Below are positions 30,901 to 41,018 of a DNA stretch of 64,000 nucleotides, one piece after another. The notes under the pieces were generated by a model. That model saw nothing but the letters and a program-made list of their open reading frames with translations. It was not told the origin of the DNA and made no database searches. Source of the DNA: Nitrososphaeraceae archaeon. Lineage in GTDB: Archaea > Thermoproteota > Nitrososphaeria > Nitrososphaerales > Nitrososphaeraceae. The translations under genes were made by a program, and so were the position numbers. The stretch lies in the NCBI GenBank assembly GCA_035297365.1, contig DATGZA010000014.1:64001-128000 (forward strand). The letters run 5' to 3'. Each line of letters opens with the position of its first letter. Position 1 is the stretch's first letter.

Positions 30901-31700
30901 ACAATTAGTGGAGGAGTTCCTGCTTCTTTACTTTCTTTGAGTCTTTGATTGACTCTTATTATATCAACGAGTTTATGAGTAAGATCATCCTCAGAGCGAA
31001 TGCCTGTTTCCAGTATTATAGATGGTCTTACAGTGACTGGAGGAACGGGAAGCACCTGTAAAACAAACCATTCTGGTCTGGCGGTAGTTGGGTCATATCC
31101 TAATAATCTTAAATCATCATCTTTGATATTAGAAAGACGTTCACGAATTGTAATGGGTAATAATCTATTTTCTCCCGCATCAGTTTTTTCAACGAAAATC
31201 GTAGGTTTAGTAAAGATAAGATCATATTGTTCCTTCTGACAATGGGGACAGATTTTTATTTTTTTGGATTTTTCTATAATCTCATCTTTTATGTTTTCTA
31301 AAGTAATTACAGCATATGAAGCTTTTCCAGTCCTTATATTTCTATAATGTTCTAACTCTTCAGTTTCTAGTTTTATTCTGTTACAAGATCTACATGTAGT
31401 TAGTAACAATTTATGCACATCGTCTACAAATGCGATATGTAATACAGGTTCGGCCAGCTCGATATGACCAAAATGACCTGGACATTTTGCAGAAGTATTA
31501 CCACAAGAAATACATTTTTGACCCGGTTCAAGAGTACCTAGACGGTTATCCATCAATCCACCTTGAACCGGCATTCCATCTTCATCATATGTTTCAGGCG
31601 CGGTGATTTCAGCTACACTAAATTTACGTACTTCAACTGGCGACCAAACACTGAATTTTATACTACCAAGATTTTTAATAGACTCTTCCATAATTATCAC
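27873..31700 (-). CDS. rpoA: RNA polymerase largest subunit, unsplit A'A''
   Basis: CPGHFGH, NADFDGD, GEPGTQMTL all in one 1275-aa ORF. Confidence 0.98.
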   Translation of the reverse strand: MIIMEESIKNLGSIKFSVWSPVEVRKFSVAEITAPETYDEDGMPVQGGLMDNRLGTLEPGQKCISCGNTSAKCPGHFGHIELAEPVLHIAFVDDVHKLLLTTCRSCNRIKLETEELEHYRNIRTGKASYAVITLENIKDEIIEKSKKIKICPHCQKEQYDLIFTKPTIFVEKTDAGENRLLPITIRERLSNIKDDDLRLLGYDPTTARPEWFVLQVLPVPPVTVRPSIILETGIRSEDDLTHKLVDIIRVNQRLKESKEAGTPPLIVQDLVDLLQYHVTTYFDNEVSGIPQAHHRSGRPLKTLTQRLKGKEGRFRGSLSGKRVDFSSRTVISPDPNIAISEVGIPYEVAKKLTIPETVSSWNLEKLKKLVFNGPYSYPGANYIIRSDGVKIRLDYVNDRQMVADSIVPGYIIERHLSEGDIVIFNRQPSLHRMSIMAHYVKVLPYRTFRLHPAVCPPYNADFDGDEMNLHVPQSEEARSEATLLMSVQDQLISPRYGGPIIGGIRDFITGAYLLTRDETILSQEEFFNLALLGGYSGPIPEHKGEKDGKKFYTGKQLFSLFLPNDFNFIITSKWNKSIKGEGKDVVIKNGELISGVIDKASIGAEEPDSVLHRIAKDYGNDVAQKFLNSILIMLKTFITHRGFTYGYSDLWLTEETEKEITGVIKKAYDKIGELILQYKDGTLPLTRGLAPEEALELYLVNELSRARDRAGRLADRSFPNDNAGVIMASTGARGSTLNIGQMTAVLGQQSIRGKRIHKGYRNRSLPHFRINDTNPDAKGFVKSNYRDGLTPLEFFFHAMGGREGLVDTAVRTQQSGYMQRRLINALEHLKMEYDGTVRDPHGNIIQYLYGEDGIDPAKSDHGEAVNISRIIESESVVDEGTKADESEIRHILNQYISHFNPKLRSNIETILLDNKLSKQGIEKVVKKIIDLVERALVEPGEAVGVVTAQSIGEPGTQMTLRTFHYAGVKERNVTLGLPRLIELVDARKKPITPTMDIYLDEQHRFSREQALNVAKEIIHTKVIDVVEKTDIDYGGIIKFSLSSDKLTERGCNIKDIFEILKGSKKKYDSILDENELSIVMKMNEDLDAQSLLLLKNKLLNTRIKGVPDIERVTIVKQIDEWVIQTAGSNLAKIIYVDGIDLSRITTNNVYEIWQTLGIEAARTALVKEITNTLEEQGLEVDIRHIMLVADLMTSKGYLQQIGRHGIAGTKTSVLARAAFEITVPTIARAAMEGQTEALKGVTENVIVGATVPVGTGMVELYMKVNEQNEDFGENN

Positions 31701-31705
31701 CTAAT

Positions 31706-34700
31706 TTATAATTTATCCTTAGGAATAAGTCGCGGAGCAATATTAAGACTCATCATTTCTTGCAATAGTAATTTAAATGCATATGCTATTACAATAGTTG
31801 AGATTTTAGCCTTATCACCACAAACTCTACAAACATGCCTTCTTTGTTTGATGTCGTAATAAGATAACAGACCACAACGTTCGCATACATTAACCTCTGC
31901 TTTGTCAGATTCTTCAAGTAATCTATCCTTTAACATCATTGAAGCTCCATAAGCAATCAGACAATCTCTTTCCATCTCTCCAAATCTTAAACCTCCTCCT
32001 CTCGCTCTTCCTTCTGTAGGTTGTTTTGTTAACATCTGAACTTGACCTCTAGCCCTACTATGGATTTTATCTGCTACCATATGATGAAGTTTTTGATAAT
32101 AAACTACACCGATGTAGACATCTACTGGAAACTTTAATCCAGTTCTTCCGTCGTACATCTCTTCTTTGCCGCTATATTTTAGCCCGTATTGTTCCATAAC
32201 GTCTTTAATATCATTTAATTTTTCTCCTAAGAATGCTGAACCGTCAACAACTTTACCACGCAGTGAAGCGGCTTTACCCGCCAATGATTCCATGAATTGT
32301 CCAACTGTCATTCTTGACGGAAAAGCATGCGGATTAATCATAATATCTGGAACTATTCCATCGTTAGTATATGGGAGATCTTCTTGACTTACCAACATGC
32401 CAAGAACTCCTTTTTGTCCGTGTCGTGATGCAAATTTGTCTCCGATTTCGGGTATTCGCATATCTCTCACTCTAATCTTATACATTTTTCCACCCTCAAC
32501 AGATTGTGTCATTATTACACTATCAACAACACCATTCTCAGAAGGTCTTACACCTATCGAGGTATCGCGCCTGTAAGGTCCTTTTACTTCAAATTCCTTA
32601 TACTCTTCAATGAACCTTGGCGGAGATGTTCTTCCAATCAATATATCCCCACCTGAGACAATTGATTCGTGCATGATGGCACCATCTTGTTCCAATAATC
32701 TATAGGCTTTTTCCCCCCTAAATCCACGGATATTTTCATCTGGAGAAGGTAATTCAAAAGTATCTTTCATTCCACCAGGATATTGTTTTGCTTCAGCTTC
32801 ATACACACGATAAAAGAATGTTCTACATAATCCCCTCTCAACTGATGATTTATTGAAGACGACTGCATCTTCTATATTATATCCTTCAAAAGGTAGAACA
32901 GCAACAACACAATTTTGCCCTGTAGGACGTTCATCGAGTCCAAGAAGATTTATTGCCTTGGTACTCACTACGGGCACTTGTGGATACAACATGAAATGTT
33001 GACGCACATACGTACTAGCATTCATTAAAGGTGTGGAAAATCCTAGACTCTGTTTTGCCATAGCACTTTCATAGGTGTTTCTAGGAGATTGATTATGTTC
33101 TGGATATGGAATAACTGAAGCACCTATTCCTAAAATAGATGGAGGATATATTTCCATATGTGTCGTATTATTGTCTATAGAATCAGAATCAATCGAAATT
33201 TGACAGTTTTCCTCCTCGTTGGCATCTACAAGTTCAATGATTCCTATAGAAATTAGGTCAGCCCATGAAAGAAATTTTTTATTGATCTTTTCTACAACTT
33301 CCGATGTCATTAAAGATTTTCCATCTTTAACTATGGCAAGTGGTCTCAAAACTCTCCCCGAATTACAAGAAATATACAATCTTTTCATAGCATTTGAGTT
33401 CAGAGAAGAATAAAAATAAATCCCAATGTGTGGATGTATTTTTCCGCTTCTTCTAAGAGTTCGAAGAGTTATTGCCAAATGCAAACCATCTTCTATATAG
33501 CCTATCAATTTTCCATCTACAAAAATTCTACAACCATTTTCTCTTAAATTTTCATCCGCATCATCTATATGTTGTGCTCTTAATTCATATAATTTTTCTA
33601 TTATTTCAGAAGAAGAAACACTGACTGAAATTATTGCGGAGAGAGCAAGATTCTTCACTAAACCACAATTTGATCCTTCAGGAGTTTCTGCAGGACAAAT
33701 CCTTCCAAAGTGAGTAGTGTGTAAGTCTCGAGCTTCGAAGTTTGGTTGACTTCTGCTTAATGGAGATTGTATACGACGTAAATGACTGATTGTAGACATA
33801 TAATTAGTTCTATCCAGAAGTTGAGTTACACCTACTCTTCCTCTTCCCCAATTACCAGTGGCAATAGCGTTATTTAGCTTATCTGAGATTATTCCAGGTC
33901 TTATAGCAGCGGCAACAGCATTTATTCCTCTTTTTTGACCCGATCTTTCAAGCTGATATTTCATATCTCGTATAAGGTTACGAAATGCGGTTCGAAAAAG
34001 ATCAGCAAGCATTTGACCAGCAAATTTTATAACCTTGTTTCCATAATGGTCCTTATCATCATTATCAATCCAACCTAGTTTTAATTCTATTAATTTAGAA
34101 GCCGCTTCGCCTAAAAATAGAGCTTTTTCCCCACGGTTTTCTGGATTTTTACCTAAATGTGGAAGTAGCCCCCAATCCAATAATGTTTCTGCACGTTTTA
34201 TCTGAAATTCCTCCAGCATTCCCGGAGCTATTCTCTTACTAATATATATTATAGATTCTCTACTTGAAGGAATCTCTCCGACTTTTTCAAACGACGGTTC
34301 CAATTCGTCCTGAACACGTTCGTTAAAGGAGACAGAATTAGCTATGTCCCGATCAGACTCAAGACCTAATGCCCTTATCAAGGTAATTAATGGAATATCC
34401 ACAGGAGACCCGGGTATTTTAGCAACTATGGAACCGTCTGGTTTCATTATAAGTTCCAGTTTTGCACGATAACCTACAATTGAGGAATATACCTTTGCCT
34501 TATAGTTAAGAGTACCTGCGGTTTCTTCTGCATCTACAATTATTTTGTTGTAAGATAAATCCTCAAGACCGACAATTACTCTTTCAGAACCATTAATCAC
34601 AAAATAACCTCCTGGATCTCGCGGATCTTCCCCTAATTCAATCAATTTGGATTCTGGCAAATTATGGAGGATACAGACATTGGATTTTACCATTACAGGC

Positions 34701-35065
34701 ATATCTCCGATGTGAATAAATCTGGATTCAATTATTCTTCCATCCTCCACTATACTACATTCAAGCATAATTGGAGAGGCATAAGTCAAATTTCTTAGTC
34801 TTGCCTCGACGGGGGCAACATGAGTGATCGAACCATCCAGTTCCATAATTCTAGGACGTTGTAATTTTATTTTACCAAGTTTCAGTTTATAAGGAAATTC
34901 AGCTGTTTCTATCTCTACTTCATTTACTTCATCAATAATACTTTGAAGTCCAGATTCCATAAATTCATTATAGGAATTAAGGTGTTGTCTAGCTATACCT
35001 TCACGTCTTAATATATCGTTTATTATTGGCCACATATCAACAGACGTATTCATTATATTGACCAT
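31706..35065 (-). CDS. rpoB: RNA polymerase subunit B (unsplit)
   Basis: GDKFASRHGQKG, GGLRFGEMERD. Confidence 0.98.
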   Translation of the reverse strand: MVNIMNTSVDMWPIINDILRREGIARQHLNSYNEFMESGLQSIIDEVNEVEIETAEFPYKLKLGKIKLQRPRIMELDGSITHVAPVEARLRNLTYASPIMLECSIVEDGRIIESRFIHIGDMPVMVKSNVCILHNLPESKLIELGEDPRDPGGYFVINGSERVIVGLEDLSYNKIIVDAEETAGTLNYKAKVYSSIVGYRAKLELIMKPDGSIVAKIPGSPVDIPLITLIRALGLESDRDIANSVSFNERVQDELEPSFEKVGEIPSSRESIIYISKRIAPGMLEEFQIKRAETLLDWGLLPHLGKNPENRGEKALFLGEAASKLIELKLGWIDNDDKDHYGNKVIKFAGQMLADLFRTAFRNLIRDMKYQLERSGQKRGINAVAAAIRPGIISDKLNNAIATGNWGRGRVGVTQLLDRTNYMSTISHLRRIQSPLSRSQPNFEARDLHTTHFGRICPAETPEGSNCGLVKNLALSAIISVSVSSSEIIEKLYELRAQHIDDADENLRENGCRIFVDGKLIGYIEDGLHLAITLRTLRRSGKIHPHIGIYFYSSLNSNAMKRLYISCNSGRVLRPLAIVKDGKSLMTSEVVEKINKKFLSWADLISIGIIELVDANEEENCQISIDSDSIDNNTTHMEIYPPSILGIGASVIPYPEHNQSPRNTYESAMAKQSLGFSTPLMNASTYVRQHFMLYPQVPVVSTKAINLLGLDERPTGQNCVVAVLPFEGYNIEDAVVFNKSSVERGLCRTFFYRVYEAEAKQYPGGMKDTFELPSPDENIRGFRGEKAYRLLEQDGAIMHESIVSGGDILIGRTSPPRFIEEYKEFEVKGPYRRDTSIGVRPSENGVVDSVIMTQSVEGGKMYKIRVRDMRIPEIGDKFASRHGQKGVLGMLVSQEDLPYTNDGIVPDIMINPHAFPSRMTVGQFMESLAGKAASLRGKVVDGSAFLGEKLNDIKDVMEQYGLKYSGKEEMYDGRTGLKFPVDVYIGVVYYQKLHHMVADKIHSRARGQVQMLTKQPTEGRARGGGLRFGEMERDCLIAYGASMMLKDRLLEESDKAEVNVCERCGLLSYYDIKQRRHVCRVCGDKAKISTIVIAYAFKLLLQEMMSLNIAPRLIPKDKL

Positions 35066-35067
35066 CT

Positions 35068-35319
35068 CTAACCTTCCACCACATACCTGTAATATACACT
35101 TTCACCTGCAGTAGGACTTTTCCTAGTTATTCGTAATATATCACCTGGGCGTACGTCCAGGTCTTCTAAGCCCTTATCATTTGACATAATATACGGAAGC
35201 TGATTTGTTCTGACATTAAACTTTTTCAGTACTTGTTCAGCCTCTTCTTTAGAAAGAATTTCATGTTTAGGCTGATAAATGTGGTTGGTTACTTTCACAA
35301 CTTTCTTTTCTACTGACAA
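35068..35319 (-). CDS. rpoH: RNA polymerase subunit H/Rpo5
   Basis: PKHEIL, QLPYI, RKSPTAG..YYRYV. Confidence 0.95.
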   Translation of the reverse strand: MSVEKKVVKVTNHIYQPKHEILSKEEAEQVLKKFNVRTNQLPYIMSNDKGLEDLDVRPGDILRITRKSPTAGESVYYRYVVEG

Positions 35320-35509
35320 ATCATAGTCCCTCTACAAAATTTGGTAAAATACTCCAATTTTTGGATAAAATATCTTTTGCGCAATATTAAATACACAAAC
35401 TTCTGGCAGAAGGAGATATATGTAGTTTCTTACAATATTTAAAATTTATTTTGGTTATTAATAATAAATAATACGTAGGTATATTTGATTGCAAATAATG
35501 AAAGAAAAA

Positions 35510-35605
35510 GGCCTTCGGAGGGATTTGAACCCTCCTCAAGCGGTTTCTATCTTTTGTAGAAAAGACCACAGCCGCCTATACTAACCAGGCTATACTACGA
35601 AGGCC
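35510..35605 (-). tRNA. tRNA-His(GTG) with 21-nt intron at 37/38 and encoded G-1
   Basis: (G)GCCTTCG...CGAAGGC-C; anticodon GTG at 35567-35569; intron about 35545-35565 forming a TCTTTT/AAAAGA hairpin; no encoded CCA. Confidence 0.92.
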
Positions 35606-35695
35606 ACGCATTCATTGATATTAGGTTGTATTAATTAATCTTCAGTTTAGTTAAATATACTTAGATTATAATATCATCGGAATTGTCAAGTTAAT

Positions 35696-36487
35696 TCACG
35701 AATCTATTATTCCACGTTTAATTACAGATAGTCCTAGTTTTTCTAACTCATTGCAAATAGCATTCATTCCGATAGAATCACCAGCTAGATGACCAAGAAC
35801 AACTAAATTCCAATTCCCGTTTGCTTGTCGTAATTTAGTCAACTCATTATAATCAATATGTAAGTAAATGACTGTAGATATTCCCTTTTCGAAATATGAT
35901 TTAGCAATATCAAAACCTCCGTTTGAACCAGCTGCAACAACTAAAACCCATTTTCCCAAATTATTTGCAGGTTTTCCATTACATACGGTTATACGCGTTA
36001 ATGAATTCTTGAATTCTGGGATTGCTCCAATTACATTCACTAAATCAGAAACCGATACCAATTTTGATATTTCAATTTCCCTTAGAATAACTTTTCGCAT
36101 ATTTTCATCAAGAGGCTGATGAATATTCAATAATGGCATTTTAAGAAGTTTTGACGTACTCACAATATCGTCATAAATAGCCGAATGTGATCGTAATTCT
36201 ACTTTTTCTTTTAGTTTTTTGACTAATGAAATGGCATTTTTTCTCTTTATTGCATTATCAACCATATATTTCACATGTCTATCAAATATATGATGAAATT
36301 GAAGTAGAGATAGTCCTATTGGATGATGTGTTAAAACACAATCACATTTAAGATTCTTTGCTAAATAGATCTCATATTGATTTATTTCTACAGAAAGAAA
36401 TATCTTTTTTATATCTGTTCCATTTATATGAATTGCACTATCAGGCGGGACTTTTTCCCAACTAGCGAGTTTTAGACCTATCCGCAT
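35696..36487 (-). CDS. NIF3/DUF34-like metal-binding protein
   Basis: VLTHHP, NIHQPLD, GHLAGDSIG. Confidence 0.8.
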   Translation of the reverse strand: MRIGLKLASWEKVPPDSAIHINGTDIKKIFLSVEINQYEIYLAKNLKCDCVLTHHPIGLSLLQFHHIFDRHVKYMVDNAIKRKNAISLVKKLKEKVELRSHSAIYDDIVSTSKLLKMPLLNIHQPLDENMRKVILREIEISKLVSVSDLVNVIGAIPEFKNSLTRITVCNGKPANNLGKWVLVVAAGSNGGFDIAKSYFEKGISTVIYLHIDYNELTKLRQANGNWNLVVLGHLAGDSIGMNAICNELEKLGLSVIKRGIIDS

Positions 36488-37194
36488 AACGTCTTCTGTA
36501 CTAATTCATTTCAACCGATATAGTATCACAAATGATCGAATTTTAATATTTTTTGTTTTGCAGATATTCTCATTTATCTGTCTATTTTTTATGATATTGA
36601 AAAAAAGTAGACGAGAGTAACGAAAATTACCCTTAGAAAATGCGTTCCAAGTTGATGAATTTACGATTAAACTACCAAAGTCAGGTAAAGAATGTCCTTT
36701 AGACGTTGAGCTCTAATTAGGTCATTTAGTCTGGTTGACTGCAGACAGGTTATCGTTTATAGTTAATGAAAGATATAATTTGACGAATTTCGAGATATAA
36801 TGTAATTTTTTAAAATTGACTCGTATATTAAGATACTTTCTTATTTCAGCAATTTTATTTGTTTTTGCTCTTATTTTTAAAAGAAATGAAAACGAGAAAA
36901 ATTTAAATTAATTTATTTTATTTTTTCATTATAAATAATATTTTTCGGATAAATCACTATATTATATATTCTAAACTAGTTGCAACTATATTATTTACAT
37001 CTGAAGAATTTCTTTCGTGATTCGAGTATATGTGCTAAATTACTAATAGTTGACAATTAATTAAATCAGAAATTAATAAAAAATTCATAGAAAGAAGATT
37101 GTTATAAAAGAAAAAATAGAATTGAAAAAATAGAATTTATTTATAGTATTTAATAGAAAAAAAAATTTAAGTATCATGAATGTATATTATTATT

Positions 37195-37350
37195 ATGATA
37201 GAACGAAGAAAGAGAAATTTTTATGATGACTTGACTTTAGAAAATATGAAGAGATATTTTCAGGTTGACGATCATTTTGAATTATTGAAATTTATTAAAA
37301 AACATGGATTAAAAAACGATGATTCTGACCTTAACATAAAAGAACATTAA
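37195..37350 (+). CDS. 51-aa hypothetical microprotein
   Basis: MIERRKRNFYDDLTLENMKRYFQVDDHFELLKFIKKHGLKNDDSDLNIKEH*; TTTAAGTA TATA-like box about 25 nt upstream (leaderless geometry). Confidence 0.4.
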   Translation: MIERRKRNFYDDLTLENMKRYFQVDDHFELLKFIKKHGLKNDDSDLNIKEH

Positions 37351-37413
37351 ATTTTTGAACCTTTAGAGTGACTTAAAGATTTAGTTGTTTTATATAAAAA
37401 ATGTATCCAGAAT

Positions 37414-38460
37414 TTACGGGCAGCTTTTATTATCCTGAAAAGATTCTTTGATCCATCGATCACTATACCTAGAATAATTCTGTAAAACAACAATTCTAGA
37501 AATTTCACTTTCATCCATTAATTTATATTCATTAAGTGTTTTTACCAAAATTTCACCAAAATTTCTTATTTCTTTCATCTCAAGCATATGTTTTTGTTCC
37601 AATCTTTGGGTAGACATTCCGATATGCATATAAGATTTTAATTCTATAAAGTTGGGATTACCAATATTAATTAATTCAGCAAAATCAGACACATCTTCCA
37701 AATTATCGTTGTACCCTCTAATAAGTGTCATTCGTAATACTGTTCTTGTACTGATCTCAGAAATAATTTTAAGAGTGTTTAACCATCTATCCCACGCATC
37801 TTTATATTTTGGTCTATTAATTTTATAAAACATTTTCTTATTTGAAGCATTAGTAGAGAGATATAATTGCGTTGGAAGTGCATCTTCTTTTATTAATTTC
37901 TTTATCATTTCAGGTTCTTGGCCATTAGTAACAAGAAAGATGGATTTAGTATTTTCTAACGATTTCAAATATTTGATCAAACCTGGTAGTTTAGGATACA
38001 TTGTAGGCTCTCCGGAAAGAGATATTGCGTAATGCGATGGAAACAAAGATTCATCTAGTTTCTTTTTGTCTGATTTTGAATTTCCGTAGAAACCAACAAT
38101 TAATCGTTCTCTTTCTTTCAATAATTGAGTCACAATAGCATCGGGTTCATCAACTAATTCTTCTGGCATTAATAAAGTATCATAAAATTCAGTGGGTCTC
38201 CAACAATACACGCATCGATTTTCGCAGTTCATTGCAGTTGGAGTCATTTCCATACATTGATGGGTTGAAATTCCGTAAAATTTATGTTTATAACAATTAC
38301 CTTCATTATAGAAAGATTTTTTCGTCCAATGACATAATTCTACAGCCGAATGATTGAAAATGCCATATTTAGCTTTCCTGAGTTTTTTTTCTAAACTCGA
38401 TGTAATGTGGATAAGATTATTTTCATTGTCATGATAAACATGTTCATCAGAACAGCTCAT
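37414..38460 (-). CDS. taw1: 4-demethylwyosine synthase Taw1/TYW1 (radical SAM)
   Basis: CHWTK, CYKHKFYGI, CENRCVYCWR, AISLSGEPT. Confidence 0.95.
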   Translation of the reverse strand: MSCSDEHVYHDNENNLIHITSSLEKKLRKAKYGIFNHSAVELCHWTKKSFYNEGNCYKHKFYGISTHQCMEMTPTAMNCENRCVYCWRPTEFYDTLLMPEELVDEPDAIVTQLLKERERLIVGFYGNSKSDKKKLDESLFPSHYAISLSGEPTMYPKLPGLIKYLKSLENTKSIFLVTNGQEPEMIKKLIKEDALPTQLYLSTNASNKKMFYKINRPKYKDAWDRWLNTLKIISEISTRTVLRMTLIRGYNDNLEDVSDFAELINIGNPNFIELKSYMHIGMSTQRLEQKHMLEMKEIRNFGEILVKTLNEYKLMDESEISRIVVLQNYSRYSDRWIKESFQDNKSCP

Positions 38461-38610
38461 TTATGGCATTGAAGATAGTCAAACTAATTTATACTTTAAA
38501 ACTACGTGGATAAAGTAGAAGTTCTTATATAAATATTTGTTCGAATAGTATAATGAAATCTTTAATACATTGATTACTTTTACATATGGGATCAAAAATA
38601 TTACACATAG

Positions 38611-39147
38611 TTGAAGACAATCGCGATCGATTTAGATTCCGTTTTAGCAGATGTAATGATTATTTGGATTGAGGAATATAATAGAATTCGTGGTTCCACT
38701 ATCATCAAAAACGATATTACTGCCTGGGATATTCACACCATTTTACCGATAAATGATATTGAATGTAATATTCTATTTTCAATGGTATGGAAAAATAGAT
38801 GGAAAGAAATACCACCTACAAATAAAAATATAGAAAAAATTATAAGGGATTTGAATAAGGAAAATAGAATTTCGATAATAACTAAAAGAGAAAAGGATAC
38901 AATTCCGTTTGTATATGAGTGGCTGAAGTATAATAATATAGGATATGACGACTTATTATTTGTTCCTGATGAAATTCCGAAAAGTGTATATCCATTCAAT
39001 TTTTTGATAGATGATTATCCAAATAATTTAGTAGATATTAAATTTCCAAAAAAAGGAATATTGTTTGATCAACCATGGAATAAAAATTTTAATTGGCCTA
39101 GAAGAATTCACTCCCTAGACGAAATAAGAACAGTTATTTGTTTCTAG
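38611..39147 (+). CDS. HAD-family 5'(3')-deoxyribonucleotidase (NT5C-like)
   Basis: IAIDLDSVLAD, LIDD.P.N, LFDQPWN. Confidence 0.85.
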   Translation: MKTIAIDLDSVLADVMIIWIEEYNRIRGSTIIKNDITAWDIHTILPINDIECNILFSMVWKNRWKEIPPTNKNIEKIIRDLNKENRISIITKREKDTIPFVYEWLKYNNIGYDDLLFVPDEIPKSVYPFNFLIDDYPNNLVDIKFPKKGILFDQPWNKNFNWPRRIHSLDEIRTVICF

Positions 39148-39157
39148 TACAAATTAG

Positions 39158-39496
39158 TTAAGAAAATTCCAATTCTATAATTGCTCGGTTTAAAAGTGAG
39201 GAAACGCCGGTATGCTTTTTAATAAATTCTATTGTAGATTCAAACGAATTAACACCTCTATATCCTTCATCATACTTCATCAATACAATCCCTTTATTTG
39301 TCTTAACATATAGTATAAATAAATAGTAATTTCCCAATTTTGTGTCATAATTCTCTACATACTGACTTAATATTATTTCCTCTATATAATACTCATGAAT
39401 GTACTTGATATTAGAAAGAACTTTTTCTGATTTTGTTGGGTTTTTTCCTTCTATTCTGCGAATATCAAAGTCAAGTATTATTTTTTTATTTTTCAT
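39158..39496 (-). CDS. Hypothetical protein coupled to the PurF-like gene
   Basis: 112-aa ORF overlapping the upstream stop. Confidence 0.65.
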   Translation of the reverse strand: MKNKKIILDFDIRRIEGKNPTKSEKVLSNIKYIHEYYIEEIILSQYVENYDTKLGNYYLFILYVKTNKGIVLMKYDEGYRGVNSFESTIEFIKKHTGVSSLLNRAIIELEFS

Positions 39497-40859
39497 ATTC
39501 TAAAAATCTGATCCATTCTGGAAACCACAAGTTACTTTCAGGAATGCCAATTCCTTTAGAGAGTAAGGAAGGAGAATTATAGAATATTTTTTCACAACCA
39601 ATATCCCGAGAAACAAAAAAATTGAGCTGATCTAAATTCGATATTTTACCTACATATTTGTTGGCAAGAAAATCCCTATTATGAGTATACAAACCAACTT
39701 GTCTTCCGTCAATAGTGGGAACATAACATACTATCACATTCACTTGTTTTACTCCATTTTTCTTGAGATAGTAAATAGTTTCTCTAGCTGTACTACCTGT
39801 TTGTATGGTTCCTTGAATTGTGGCAATTTTTCTATTTTTAGTTAAATTTTCTATTATAAATTTTAATGACTTTCCTGTTGTTAAAAGTTTATTTTTACTT
39901 ACTTGTTCAGAAAAATCTATCATATGATCAGAGTCATCATACCTGTCTTTTATTACCCCTTCAGATATTTCAAATTTTGAAAATTTTTTCTGTAAGCTTA
40001 ATCCCATTCCCAATGCCATAGGTCTAGTATAGTCTGGTTCTGCATAAATGCTATCTAGATCCATCTCTACGGGCAAACGATCAGCTTGTACTTTTCCGAT
40101 ATTTTTTCTTATTGAATAAATACTTTTATTGTTAAACATGGAAGTTACATGAGATTCTCGTATAAATTCAAAAGGATCTAGTAACATTTTGTGGTCTTTA
40201 AGCGTAACTAAATCCTGAACATGATTTTTTAAACTTAACTTTATTAATTGTCCGGGTTTTATATTTACATAATTTAAATATGGAAAAGATATCCTTAATG
40301 AATTCTCGGATGAAATAACTACAATGTGATCATCTGTGGCCATAATAAGAGGTTTAAATCCAGTACTATTTCGAAAAATAAATATTTCATTCTTCTTTTT
40401 AATAATAATATTTCCTCTGAGATGTCTATCTATAAACTCAGCTGCTTGTTCGCTATTTTTTTTTTCGGTAATTAATTTCATAAAAATATAGAAGATTTGA
40501 TACAATGGATCGAGTTTTTTTGCGGATCCGATGTGTGGATGAAGATATAACTTTTCTGTATCTACAAGAAAACCATCAATAGAAATATCGAGTAAATTCA
40601 TACTGGGAAAAAGAGGCGATCTTTTTGAAAGATATCCTACTGCACAGAATCCAGATAACTTCTTCTTTTTAATGGAAGCCAATAAAACATCGTCAGTTGG
40701 TATAGAACCTTGGTTTTCGACGACATCGTCACCAATCATCAATTTCCAATAAGCTTTTCCTCTATGTTGAAGCATCCTCATACCACGTATAAGGTAAAAT
40801 ATGGTCGTATCAGAACTTTTATTTTCGTTGTAGTTATAAACTGCGATTAATCCTGCCAA
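39486..40859 (-). CDS. Degenerate amidophosphoribosyltransferase (PurF) paralog
   Basis: LQHRG, GFKPL, SEN, IKPGQ, FEFI, RKNIG motifs retained; catalytic Cys1 and the PRPP loop are altered. Confidence 0.8.
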   Translation of the reverse strand: MAGLIAVYNYNENKSSDTTIFYLIRGMRMLQHRGKAYWKLMIGDDVVENQGSIPTDDVLLASIKKKKLSGFCAVGYLSKRSPLFPSMNLLDISIDGFLVDTEKLYLHPHIGSAKKLDPLYQIFYIFMKLITEKKNSEQAAEFIDRHLRGNIIIKKKNEIFIFRNSTGFKPLIMATDDHIVVISSENSLRISFPYLNYVNIKPGQLIKLSLKNHVQDLVTLKDHKMLLDPFEFIRESHVTSMFNNKSIYSIRKNIGKVQADRLPVEMDLDSIYAEPDYTRPMALGMGLSLQKKFSKFEISEGVIKDRYDDSDHMIDFSEQVSKNKLLTTGKSLKFIIENLTKNRKIATIQGTIQTGSTARETIYYLKKNGVKQVNVIVCYVPTIDGRQVGLYTHNRDFLANKYVGKISNLDQLNFFVSRDIGCEKIFYNSPSLLSKGIGIPESNLWFPEWIRFLEYEK

Positions 40860-41018
40860 AGATCTGTTTTTTGATTGTTAGAAAAGATATAAAAGTTATC
40901 GAGTGCTAAAATGAAACTAATATTCATAAAAAGGAAACTATCAGCTATGTTACGAAATTATAATAGAGAATTTAGCAAAATAAAAAAATGGTTTAATGTT
41001 ATATCAGTAAATTAGAAT

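Noticed and set aside
27873-31700. Unsplit rpoA as a novelty, or an intein
   Set aside because: Unsplit RpoA is established for this phylum; no intein motifs or extra length
926-33413. Many short antisense ORFs in the track (e.g. 926-1117, 8186-8488, 21952-22269, 23547-23888, 28315-28605)
   Set aside because: They are shadows of well-supported genes on the opposite strand and carry no motifs
35387-35569. 60-aa ORF upstream of rpoH
   Set aside because: Overlaps tRNA-His
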